Positions 7,118 through 15,484 of a DNA stretch of 18,912 nucleotides are shown piece by piece (the first letter of the stretch is position 1; each line of letters begins with the position of its first letter). The notes below the pieces were generated by a model, which had not been told where the DNA came from, did no database searches, and saw only the letters and a program-made list of their open reading frames with translations. Both the position numbers and the translations under genes were made by a program. Source of the DNA: an uncultured Pseudomonadota bacterium (lineage in GTDB: Bacteria > SAR324 > NAC60-12); contig CAJWCD010000072.1 of the NCBI GenBank assembly GCA_913020725.1, forward strand, positions 1 through 18,912. The letters run 5' to 3'.

Positions 7118-7876
7118 TCAGTGAGAGAGAATCCGGCTGAGAAACAATTTGGTGCGTTCGCTTTCAGGATTGGAGAAGAACTGCTCCGGCGGCGCGGATT
7201 CGACAATGCGCCCCTCGTCCATGAACACCATCTGGTGGGCCACTGTGCGGGCAAAACCCATCTCGTGGGTGACGCAGATCATTGTCATGCCGCTCTCTGC
7301 AAGGTTGATCATCACATCCAGCACCTCCTTGATCATTTCCGGATCAAGCGCGGAGGTCGGTTCATCAAAGAGCATGATGCGTGGCTTCATGCAGAGCGAA
7401 CGGGCAATGGCGACGCGCTGCTGCTGCCCTCCGGAAAGTGCGCTGGGATATTTCTTCGCCTGTTCCGGAATCTGTACGCGCTCCAGATATTCCATCGCGC
7501 GCTCTTCGGCTTCAGCCTTAGTGATGCCCCGCGCCCGCATCGGCCCGAGTGTGCAGTTCTCCAGCACGGTCAAGTGGGGAAAAAGATTGAACTGCTGAAA
7601 GACCATTCCGACTTCGCAACGCACGTCGTGGATGTGCTTGGTGTCGTGATCCAACTCGATGCCGTCCACCACGATCCGGCCTTTCTGGTGTTCTTCCAAA
7701 CGGTTGAGGCAACGAATCAGCGTGGATTTCCCGGAACCGGACGGACCACACACCACCACACGCTCCCCCTGCTTCACCGTCAGGTCAATGTCGCATAACA
7801 CCTGAAAATCGCCAAACCACTTGCTGACACCTTCGATTTGGATGATGGTTTCGGTCAGAACGGAAGTGTCCGGCAT
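7118..7876 (-). CDS. Polar amino-acid ABC transporter ATP-binding protein (GlnQ/AapP family)
   Basis: Walker [11 protein letters not shown]-loop [36 protein letters not shown] and VTHEMGFA. Start reassigned to ATG 7876 (MPDTSV) to avoid overlap with the permease. Confidence 0.95.
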   Translation of the reverse strand: MPDTSVLTETIIQIEGVSKWFGDFQVLCDIDLTVKQGERVVVCGPSGSGKSTLIRCLNRLEEHQKGRIVVDGIELDHDTKHIHDVRCEVGMVFQQFNLFPHLTVLENCTLGPMRARGITKAEAEERAMEYLERVQIPEQAKKYPSALSGGQQQRVAIARSLCMKPRIMLFDEPTSALDPEMIKEVLDVMINLAESGMTMICVTHEMGFARTVAHQMVFMDEGRIVESAPPEQFFSNPESERTKLFLSRILSH

Positions 7877-7892
7877 GGCTTGGAAACTTGGT

Positions 7893-8783
7893 TCAGGATT
7901 GATGCAGGGCCATGCGTTTTTCCAAGCGACTGAACCAGAAAGCACATGCGTAAGAAATCACAAAATACATCCCTGCCACAAACACCCAAACCTCAAACAC
8001 GCGCTGCGTTGAGGTGGCGACCTCCATCGTCAGGAAGGTCAGTTCCTGAATCGAAATCAACGAGACGATGGACGAATCTTTGATGAGAATAATGAACTGA
8101 CTCGCCAAGGGCGGCACTACGCGTTGAATCGCCTGCGGCAAGACCACATAGCGCATAAGTTGTAGTCGCGACAAGCCCACACTCATGCCTGCCTCAACCT
8201 GCCCCTTGGGAATCGCCTGAATGCCTGCCCGCACGATTTCGGTGACATAAGCTCCCTCAAATAGTGCGAGACAAATTATTCCGGCAACCAAATTGGAAAG
8301 CAATTCCGGAGGGCCGAACAGGTAATCCAGCGTCGTCAATAGCACCGGAGAGCCATCCAGCGTGAGATCGTCAAGCCCCAAGAGCGGGGTGATCTGGCTA
8401 CTGATGAAAAAGTAAAAGACAAAGATGAACACCACCGGAGGGATGTTGCGGATCAATTCTACATACATTCGGCTCAGCATCCGGGGGAACAGCCTGCGAC
8501 TGGTGCGCATGATGCCCATGAGGAAACCGATGATTGCGGCAAGCACGATGCTCCAGACAGACAGCCGGATGGTTGTAAAAAGCCCCTTCATGAGCAAATT
8601 GGGGGCGTACCACTGCGTTTCCTCGTCCCAGCGAAACAGGTATCCGGGAATGAATGACCAATCCCACTTGTACACCAGCACCGTGTTCACCCGATACGTG
8701 ACATAAGCCACCACACTGACCACAGCGGCCAGCACAAGCGCGTCAATCCAATAGGATTTGTAGGGGGCTTTTTTGCGGGTCAT
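7893..8783 (-). CDS. Polar amino-acid ABC transporter permease (HisM/GlnP family)
   Basis: [36 protein letters not shown] (EAA loop), LPQA and LIKDSS. Confidence 0.93.
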   Translation of the reverse strand: MTRKKAPYKSYWIDALVLAAVVSVVAYVTYRVNTVLVYKWDWSFIPGYLFRWDEETQWYAPNLLMKGLFTTIRLSVWSIVLAAIIGFLMGIMRTSRRLFPRMLSRMYVELIRNIPPVVFIFVFYFFISSQITPLLGLDDLTLDGSPVLLTTLDYLFGPPELLSNLVAGIICLALFEGAYVTEIVRAGIQAIPKGQVEAGMSVGLSRLQLMRYVVLPQAIQRVVPPLASQFIILIKDSSIVSLISIQELTFLTMEVATSTQRVFEVWVFVAGMYFVISYACAFWFSRLEKRMALHQS

Positions 8784-8818
8784 CCAGAAGTTTTTATGAG
8801 TTTTTCAGGAGCGGCATC

Positions 8819-8889
8819 GGGCGGTTCACACAAAGCGGAACCGCCCAAACCTTGAGCAAAGGCGGATGCCTTTGTTGCATCCGCCCTAC
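8819..8889 (-). repeat. Two intergenic palindromes, including a GTAG-type REP
   Basis: GGGCGGTTC (8819-8827)/GAACCGCCC (8838-8846). GGCGGATGC (8861-8869)/GCATCCGCC (8877-8885) followed by CTAC, which reads GTAG plus palindrome on the minus strand. Confidence 0.7.
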
Positions 8890-8910
8890 CCCTGCAACGC
8901 ATTCAGGCCG

Positions 8911-9750
8911 TCACTTCAGATCAACTTGATCGGCCCAATCCATGCCTTTGAACCAATAGTTGTGCCGTTCCTTCAGCCAACCGTTGCTGTTGTGAATCAT
9001 GATCCAGTTGGAGAAGAAATTGAGCGCGTCCGGATCGCCCTTGCGAAGACCAAACGACTCGTTACCCTCGGTGAGGTTTTCGGTCGTGGGCATGAAGAGG
9101 ACTTCCGGGTGTTTGAAGACCCACTTGGCAGGCTTCGGATGACTGGTCACCGTCGCATGGGCATTACCGTTGATCACCTCTTGAAAAGCCAGTGAATCAT
9201 CGTCAAACTGGCGAATCTTGGCTTTGGGCCAGAGGTTCTTGATGTCGGTGCAGGAAGTCGCCCCCCGGCGGCAGGTGAAAGTCACACTGCTGCTATTGTA
9301 GCCGTCCGGCCACGCAAGATTTCCGGAGAGCTTCTTGTTGGCCGCGATGCCCATGCCGGAGTGAGCGTAGGGTGCGGTGAAGTTGATTGTCAGGTTGCGT
9401 TGCGGGGTTACGCTCATACCGCCGATGATGGTATCGAACTTCCCGGCGATCAGCGCGGGGATGATCCCGGACCATGCGGTAGGCACGAACTGGATTTTCA
9501 CCCCCATGTCCTTGGCCAACTTCTTGGCGACATCGATCTCAAAGCCGATCAAGTCACCCTTTTTGTTACGCATCGCCCACGGGACGAAGGTAGCCATGCC
9601 CACTTTGAGCTTGCCACGTTTTTTGATGGTCTCGATCACGCTCTCTGAGGTGAGCTGTTTTTGCGCTTCGCCTGCGAAGACCTCCCCAAACGTGAGGAAG
9701 GTCATGGCTGCCCCAAGAACGAGGGCGATTACGGTTTTTGCGGTTCTCAT
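8911..9750 (-). CDS. Polar amino-acid ABC transporter substrate-binding protein (SBP family 3)
   Basis: Signal peptide (MRTAK...EVFA), I.KRG.LKVG, GFEIDVA, WSGIIPAL.AGKFD.I.GGMS.TPQR...INFT.PY. SD AGGAG precedes ATG 9750. Confidence 0.93.
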   Translation of the reverse strand: MRTAKTVIALVLGAAMTFLTFGEVFAGEAQKQLTSESVIETIKKRGKLKVGMATFVPWAMRNKKGDLIGFEIDVAKKLAKDMGVKIQFVPTAWSGIIPALIAGKFDTIIGGMSVTPQRNLTINFTAPYAHSGMGIAANKKLSGNLAWPDGYNSSSVTFTCRRGATSCTDIKNLWPKAKIRQFDDDSLAFQEVINGNAHATVTSHPKPAKWVFKHPEVLFMPTTENLTEGNESFGLRKGDPDALNFFSNWIMIHNSNGWLKERHNYWFKGMDWADQVDLK

Positions 9751-9865
9751 TGTGTCTCCTTTTGAAGAATGATCACATTGTGCCAACCACCATCGAATCG
9801 AAGTATTCGGAACAGCAGTCGACCCTAAAATTCAGGGTACGCCCCATGCGTTCCCTGCCCTCTTG

Positions 9866-9889
9866 AAAAACCTCGGAAAGCCTCCGAGG
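9866..9889 (-). terminator. Putative intrinsic terminator between first permease and SBP gene
   Basis: CCTCGGA (9871-9877)/TCCGAGG (9883-9889) 7-bp stem with a 5-nt loop, followed on the minus strand by TTTTT (9870-9866). Confidence 0.6.
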
Positions 9890-9929
9890 ATCATTGGAAG
9901 ATTCTCCCAGAAAGATTTCTCCCAATTCG

Positions 9930-10748
9930 TCAACTCCGTTGATTCACCCGTCGTTCCAACAGGCTCATGAACACGGAGAGCGTGATGGTCATCACCAGAT
10001 AAACCCCGGCGACCGTCAACCAAATTTCAAAACTCATGAAGGTTTCGGCGATAAGATCGAGGGCTTGGGTGGTGAGGTCAAAGACAGCGATGACGCTGAC
10101 AATCGCCGAGTGCTTGATGAGGTTGATGATCACCCCGGTCAAGGGCGGTAGCATCAGCGGTACTGCTTGGGGAAGCACCACAAAGCGGTAGGCATCAGTT
10201 TTCGTGAGGCCCACACTGTAACTCGCTTCCCATTGTCCCTTGGCTACACTGAGAATGCCGGCACGGATGATCTCTGAGGCGAATGAGCCTTCAAACAACG
10301 AGATGCACAGCACTCCCACCCAAAAGCGGTTGATGTCGAGAATCGGGCCAAGCACAAAGTAGAACACAAACATCTGCACCAGTAGCGGCGTGTTGCGGAC
10401 GATTTCAAGATACACCGATGCCAGCAGTCGTCCGGAGAACGAATTGGACATACGCAACAGTGCTGTGATCAGCCCAACCGTTAAGGTGATGACGATACCG
10501 TATGCGGTGATTTCCAGCGTGACAAACAGCCCTTCGATCAGTGGCCCCCAGTAGAATGCTCCGTCTATGATCTCATAGAAATACTTTGGAATGCGATACC
10601 ACTGCCAGTTGTAGCCCATCTGGTTGGCTCCGTTCACCGTCAGCCAAACGAGGCCGAACGAGAAGGCAGCAAGTTGCGCTACGTCAAACCAGTTGGAGTT
10701 CCACCAGCGTGTATTGCGTTTGATCTGGGGCGGTTTGGAGTGTTGCAT
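9930..10748 (-). CDS. Polar amino-acid ABC transporter permease (HisQ/GlnP family)
   Basis: YLEIVRNTPLLVQ, SEIIRAGILSVAKGQWEASYSVGL, LPQA and LIKHSA. Confidence 0.93.
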   Translation of the reverse strand: MQHSKPPQIKRNTRWWNSNWFDVAQLAAFSFGLVWLTVNGANQMGYNWQWYRIPKYFYEIIDGAFYWGPLIEGLFVTLEITAYGIVITLTVGLITALLRMSNSFSGRLLASVYLEIVRNTPLLVQMFVFYFVLGPILDINRFWVGVLCISLFEGSFASEIIRAGILSVAKGQWEASYSVGLTKTDAYRFVVLPQAVPLMLPPLTGVIINLIKHSAIVSVIAVFDLTTQALDLIAETFMSFEIWLTVAGVYLVMTITLSVFMSLLERRVNQRS

Positions 10749-10757
10749 TCCGGAAAT

Positions 10758-11732
10758 CTATTGACGGTAGCTGAAAGAGGAATCGAAACGTGACAATACA
10801 TAATCGCCACAGTTCACCGGAGAGTACAAGGGTTGCGCTCCGTTTTGGCAGACCACGGACGGATCCACCACCGTGTCGAAATTCGGATCCCATGCGATCA
10901 CCATTGAGTAGCGTTCCACGCCCTTGCGATTGACCACACGGTGCGGGGTGGACTTGAATCCGTCGTTGGTCCAGCGCATCAGCAAATCCCCGACGTTGAC
11001 CACAAGCGTACCCTTAATCGGATGGGCCGTCACCCATTCGTCTTCACGGGTTTGCACCTCCAGTCCCCCCACTTGATCCTGCCACAAGAGCGTGAGGCAA
11101 CCGTAGTCCGTGTGCGGCGCAACGCCAAATTGCGTTTCTCCTAAATCCGGAGGTTGCGGCGGGTAGTGGATAATCGAACTGCGGGCTATCGGCTCGTTGG
11201 TGGCCTGTAAAAAAGCATCTTCAGGCAGATCCATACCCAGGGCAAAGGCCCGCATCATGTTGCGTCCGCACTGCAAACCCGCTTCAAAAAAAGGATAAAC
11301 CGCCTCTTGTAATTCTGGCATTTTTTTGGGCCATTGGTTACGGCCCAAGAACGGATTTTTCGCCGTGACCGAAGGATGATTGTCCGGAAGGTCCAAGCCC
11401 CACACGAAGCTCTCCTTGAGGTCCATCCGTTCTGCCTGCTCCATCTTGGCTTCTCCAACGGAGAGGTAGCCGTGGTGGTTCGCGTTGATTTTGACGGAAT
11501 CCTTCCACTCCTTGGGGCGGCTGAAAAATACCTGTGCCGCTCGATAGGCTTGCTCGATCACGGCTTCCGGAATCCCGTGGTTGCGGATGTAGAAGAAGCC
11601 CACCTCCTCGGCGGCCTGACGGATTTCCAACGCGACGGTCTGTGCTGTTTCCATAGTTCCGAAGCGCAACGGAGCAACATCGATCACCGGAATTTTCTCA
11701 ACAGAAATGGTCTTGGATTGTGCGTAAGCCAT
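10758..11732 (-). CDS. Isopenicillin N synthase family 2-oxoglutarate/Fe(II) oxygenase
   Basis: DIOX_N motifs (IPVIDV, GFFYIRNHGI), H-x-D (PHTDYGCLTLL), NVGDLL.RWTN, distal His (PHRV) and RxS (RYS). Confidence 0.92.
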   Translation of the reverse strand: MAYAQSKTISVEKIPVIDVAPLRFGTMETAQTVALEIRQAAEEVGFFYIRNHGIPEAVIEQAYRAAQVFFSRPKEWKDSVKINANHHGYLSVGEAKMEQAERMDLKESFVWGLDLPDNHPSVTAKNPFLGRNQWPKKMPELQEAVYPFFEAGLQCGRNMMRAFALGMDLPEDAFLQATNEPIARSSIIHYPPQPPDLGETQFGVAPHTDYGCLTLLWQDQVGGLEVQTREDEWVTAHPIKGTLVVNVGDLLMRWTNDGFKSTPHRVVNRKGVERYSMVIAWDPNFDTVVDPSVVCQNGAQPLYSPVNCGDYVLSRFDSSFSYRQ

Positions 11733-11741
11733 GAAAACGAA

Positions 11742-12701
11742 TCAAATGGTTGTTGCAGTAGCAGATACGAATTGTTTGCAAAACAGATTCTCGACCATCG
11801 TAGCGTGTGAAGCCAGATAACCACGATCCAGATGTTCCAAGTGTGGGGCCAGTTCCTCATGCAAGGCGGGCAGTGCATGGAACGGCAGTTTCGGGATCGC
11901 GTGATGTTCGGCATGGAACGGCATGTTCCACGCCAGCCAACGCACGGGAGCCAGCGTGAGCGTTGTGCGGGTGTTCTTGCGAATGTCCGCAACCCATTCG
12001 CAATCGCCGTGTTCCGAGATACGGATGAGGCGCATCAACGGCTCCCCCATGATCCGGGGCACCAACCAGTACCACAACACCGCCTCGGTTTGCCACACCA
12101 CACTGACAATGCCCAAGCCCAAATAGAAACACACCATGATAATGGCTTCGCGCTGCACCGATTTGCGAAAACGCTCTGGAATGAAACTTTGCTCGCCGGG
12201 AGAAAACCGGCCGAGTGGCAGACGGGTGAGGTTTTTCAAGACTCCCTGAAAGTACGGAATAGCAGTGGCGTAATACAAGTATCCCCAAAACGAGCCGGAC
12301 ATAGGAATGCTCTCCGGATCCTTTTCCGGATGTTGCGTGAAGGTGTGATGCGCCGCATGTTCCATTGTGAAGTATTGCGGCGGAATGATGATTGCCAATC
12401 CGGTGAACCAGGCAACCAATGTATTCAGCTTTTGGGAGGCAAAGGCCGACATATGGGTGGACTCATGGAAGGGCGCAAACAAATGCACAATCACCACACC
12501 GTGAAGGAAAAGGGCTGTGTACCACCAGCCGGAACCTTGCGTCTGATAAACCAAAACTCCGGAAGTGAGTAGCGCGACCAGATGTCCTGAAAAGAAGATC
12601 AAACCGATGTCGTTGCAGCGACGATGCAGACGGTGCAGCAGTTCCTGTGAGATCAGCTTGTTTGGACGACGCACCTGATTTTCAGTACTCCACTCGGTCA
12701 T
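11742..12701 (-). CDS. Membrane fatty-acid-desaturase-like di-iron oxygenase (MocD/rhizopine-oxygenase-like)
   Basis: Three His boxes (HESTH, EHAAHH, HAEHH), SEH, NTRTT, WNMPFH..HH.P..PFHALP and hydrophobic segments. Confidence 0.85.
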   Translation of the reverse strand: MTEWSTENQVRRPNKLISQELLHRLHRRCNDIGLIFFSGHLVALLTSGVLVYQTQGSGWWYTALFLHGVVIVHLFAPFHESTHMSAFASQKLNTLVAWFTGLAIIIPPQYFTMEHAAHHTFTQHPEKDPESIPMSGSFWGYLYYATAIPYFQGVLKNLTRLPLGRFSPGEQSFIPERFRKSVQREAIIMVCFYLGLGIVSVVWQTEAVLWYWLVPRIMGEPLMRLIRISEHGDCEWVADIRKNTRTTLTLAPVRWLAWNMPFHAEHHAIPKLPFHALPALHEELAPHLEHLDRGYLASHATMVENLFCKQFVSATATTI

Positions 12702-12800
12702 TTTATCTTCTCAAATCAAGTTTGCCTGTGCCACACTGATCTGCAAGATGATCCCCTATCCCAACCTTGAGGAATCGCTAAGCACGCTGACATTTGAGAC

Positions 12801-13571
12801 ATGCACCTACATTTGAGTACTTGGCAGGAAATCGAATCGTATTTGCTGCGTTCACAAGGCATCCTGATCCCCATCGGCTCCACCGAACAACATGGCCCTA
12901 ATGGTCTGATCGGCACGGATTCAATCTGCCCCACTGCCATTGCCAGCCACGCAGCCTTGCAGGCGGATCTCTTGGTGGGACCAACCTTGACGCTTGGGAC
13001 GGCGCAGTTCAACTTAAAATTTCCGGGCACCATCTCTCTGCGCCCCTCCACCCTGATGCGGGTGGTTGAGGATTATGTGCAATCCTTGGCCAGTCAAGGG
13101 TTTCAGCGGTTTTATTTTCTCAATGGGCATGGGGGCAACCTCGCTCCAGTGCGTGCTGCGTTTCAGGAAATCTACATGCAGCACAGCCTGAGAGTCCAAG
13201 AGTCTCTGTCCCCTCGTTGCCGTTTGCGGAGTTGGTGGGAACTTCCGGAGACAAACGCCCTCCGACAGTCGTTGTATGCGGAAAAGGAAGGTGCGCACGC
13301 CACCCCCAGCGAGGTGGCAATGGCACAGTACGCTTTTCCGGAACACATCAAGGATGTGAGCCTAGGGGCTTGGCATCCCGTCTCTCTGGAATACCTACGT
13401 AATCACGCGGGCGACGATCACTTCGACGCGACAGATCATCGCCGCCGCCATCCGGACGGTCGGATCGGCTCCGACCCCAGCCTTGCTAATCCCGTAGACG
13501 GTCAACGCTTGCTGGAAACCGCTGCCGCTGAACTACTCCAAGACTATCGGGCGTTTCTCGCAGAGGAGTAA
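12801..13571 (+). CDS. Creatininase / creatinine amidohydrolase family protein
   Basis: PIGSTEQHGP...GTD, FPGTISL, NGHGGN, HATPSE and PDGRIGSDP. Confidence 0.9.
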   Translation: MHLHLSTWQEIESYLLRSQGILIPIGSTEQHGPNGLIGTDSICPTAIASHAALQADLLVGPTLTLGTAQFNLKFPGTISLRPSTLMRVVEDYVQSLASQGFQRFYFLNGHGGNLAPVRAAFQEIYMQHSLRVQESLSPRCRLRSWWELPETNALRQSLYAEKEGAHATPSEVAMAQYAFPEHIKDVSLGAWHPVSLEYLRNHAGDDHFDATDHRRRHPDGRIGSDPSLANPVDGQRLLETAAAELLQDYRAFLAEE

Positions 13572-13583
13572 CCTCCGTGAGGA

Positions 13584-13599
13584 CGGGGCTGCTGCCCCG
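13584..13599. terminator. GC-rich hairpin between convergent genes (possible terminator)
   Basis: CGGGGC (13584-13589)/GCCCCG (13594-13599), 12 bp after the creatininase stop. No strong U-tract. Confidence 0.35.
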
Positions 13600-13651
13600 C
13601 TTCCGGAGAGCCCTGGCCTGCAAAATTTTGGCAAGAACTGCGTCCCGAAAA

Positions 13652-14431
13652 TTACTGCTTAAGCCACTTCGCTTTGAGTTGATCGAAGAAGCCGCGCTCG
13701 GTCTTGAGGATGATCCAGTGGTTGACGTAATTGATCCACACCTGATCGGTTTGCGGAAGCAACACTGCGAGGGGTGTGGGGTTCTTGCCTCCCTGAACGG
13801 GGACGACCATCATTTGCGGATACTGTTTGACGAGCTTGGCTGCTTCCAGATTGCTGGTCATGGAAATGTCGGCACGTCCCGCCAGCACCTCCTGATAATC
13901 CCGCGCTGGGGCAGAAACCTTGATGATCTTAGACTTGTCGAAAAGCACCTCCGCCCGCTTCTCTTGCACGGTGCCCAGCGTCACAGCTACAGTCACGTTC
14001 GGGTTATTGAGATCCTCCCAACTGTTGTACTTGCCTTTGTTCTTGTTCAGCATCAGCGGCACGTCCTCAACCGCGAAATAGGACAATGAGTACCCCGCCA
14101 CCAAGGCCCGCTTCGGACTCAGCGATGCGCTGGAGGTCATGTCGTATTTATCTGCGACCACTCCGTTGACGAGCGTCTTCCAAGTTGTCGGCACGAAAAC
14201 CACTTTCACACCCATATCCGCCGCGAGGGCAGTGGCGATGTCAATATCAAAACCCTTGTGCTCCTTGGTCGCAGGGTCAATCATCGTCATTGGGTTCCAG
14301 TCTCCGGTGGTGCCCACGCGCAACTCCCCATCCACAAGGATGCGTTGAAGCCGGGATTCCGCCAAGGCTGAGGTCGCCAACATTGCCGCGAGGGCGAGAG
14401 CCATTCCGCTTTTCATGAAAACTCTAATCAT
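13652..14431 (-). CDS. Polar amino-acid substrate-binding protein (SBP family 3, PheC/cyclohexadienyl-dehydratase-like subgroup)
   Basis: Signal peptide ending ALA-ES, SRL.RI...GELRVGTTGDWNP, GFDIDIA, FVPTTWKTLV and V.AGRAD. SD TAAGGAG precedes ATG 14431. Confidence 0.88.
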   Translation of the reverse strand: MIRVFMKSGMALALAAMLATSALAESRLQRILVDGELRVGTTGDWNPMTMIDPATKEHKGFDIDIATALAADMGVKVVFVPTTWKTLVNGVVADKYDMTSSASLSPKRALVAGYSLSYFAVEDVPLMLNKNKGKYNSWEDLNNPNVTVAVTLGTVQEKRAEVLFDKSKIIKVSAPARDYQEVLAGRADISMTSNLEAAKLVKQYPQMMVVPVQGGKNPTPLAVLLPQTDQVWINYVNHWIILKTERGFFDQLKAKWLKQ

Positions 14432-14646
14432 GTCTGTCTCCTTATGAGTTGAGAGGGGTCGCCTGTCTTCCAGCAGAACCACTTCTGCCACCGGAAATCC
14501 TCCGGACCACAAAACGGATGTGCTTCCCGTTTTGACACCATTGAACCTTCCGGGCTTGAAGAACCAGACGAATCAGAAACAATACCGTAATCGAAACCGC
14601 TCTCAATCACGAGCGGAAATCGTACCACCCTCTTTTGAAAGGTCAA

Positions 14647-15465
14647 ATGGCAAGTGTCCATTTTGTCAAAGAAATATCCGGAAAGCTTCACGCATATTTT
14701 CGGTTTCAGAGCAGAGGGTTCCTGTTCGGCCTGCTGGGATTGGCCTTGGCACTTGGCTTGGGAGGCTGTGGCAACACGGATTACACCTGGGGCTGGTATG
14801 TGATTTCACCGTGGCATCCGACGGGAAAAACGAACATCCAGTTTCTCCTCAGCGGGTTGGGCTACACGCTGCTGCTCTCGCTTTCTGCCATTGTGATTTC
14901 CATCCTGCTTGGGTTACTCGTCGTCCTCCCGGCCTTGACCAAGAATCCCATCGCCCGCTGCATCAACCGAACATATGTGGAAATCTTCCGCTCCATCCCG
15001 ATTCTGGTGATGCTGCTTTGGGTGTATTACGGACTCCCTCCGGCGTTCGGCATCCGGCTGGACGTGCTGTCGGCGGGAATTCTGGGACTGGCCCTTTGCG
15101 ACAGTGCTTTCGAAGCAGAGATTTTCCGGGCAGGAATCCAGTCTATCGGGCAGGGCCAGCACGATGCCGCAGATGCACTGGGGCTGAATTACTGGAAAAA
15201 GATGCGGCTGATCATCTTACCGCAAGCGATCCGGACGGTCCTCCCTGCCATCGGCAACCAGTTCGTGTACATGCTGAAAATGTCCTCGCTGGTCTCTGTG
15301 ATTGGCCTGACCGAACTAACCCGCCGGGCCGATGAATTGGTGGTCAGCCAGTACCGACCTTTAGAAATTTACACCTTCCTTGTGCTGGAGTATTTTCTAC
15401 TGATCATCGGCATTTCCTCTGGAGTACGCTGGCTGGAGAATCGGTTGCGCTCGACGGAGGTTTAG
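14647..15465 (+). CDS. Polar amino-acid ABC transporter permease with lipobox-like N-terminus
   Basis: YVEIFRSIPILV, FEAEIFRAGIQSIGQGQHDAA.ALGL, LPQA and LKMSSL. N-terminal LALALGLGGC. Start could be ATG 14647 or TTG 14635. Confidence 0.88.
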   Translation: MASVHFVKEISGKLHAYFRFQSRGFLFGLLGLALALGLGGCGNTDYTWGWYVISPWHPTGKTNIQFLLSGLGYTLLLSLSAIVISILLGLLVVLPALTKNPIARCINRTYVEIFRSIPILVMLLWVYYGLPPAFGIRLDVLSAGILGLALCDSAFEAEIFRAGIQSIGQGQHDAADALGLNYWKKMRLIILPQAIRTVLPAIGNQFVYMLKMSSLVSVIGLTELTRRADELVVSQYRPLEIYTFLVLEYFLLIIGISSGVRWLENRLRSTEV

Positions 15466-15484
15466 ACACACTTACCTCCTCCCG

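Noticed and set aside
7112..7798. 228-aa + strand ORF
   Set aside because: Antisense shadow of the well-supported ABC ATPase gene.
11832..12572. 246-aa + strand ORF
   Set aside because: Antisense shadow of the desaturase-like gene, with no motifs.
12714..12735. Possible sigma54 promoter (minus strand TGGCAC) ahead of the desaturase-like gene
   Set aside because: The -12 TTGC is not at the required spacing; GG-N10-GC is not satisfied.
14532..14560. Perfect TTGACA hexamer
   Set aside because: No -10-like hexamer at 16-18 bp spacing.
14540..14620. Guanidine-I (ykkC) riboswitch resemblance (minus strand AAGCCCGGAAGG) upstream of the second SBP
   Set aside because: Lacks the CUAGGGUUCCG P1 motif and the ACGG..GGGA..AAAAGCCC P2 context. 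Similarity is limited to a short word.
14520..15335. 271-aa + strand ORF in an alternative frame
   Set aside because: Overlaps the clear permease frame and has Arg/Pro/Gly-rich off-frame composition.
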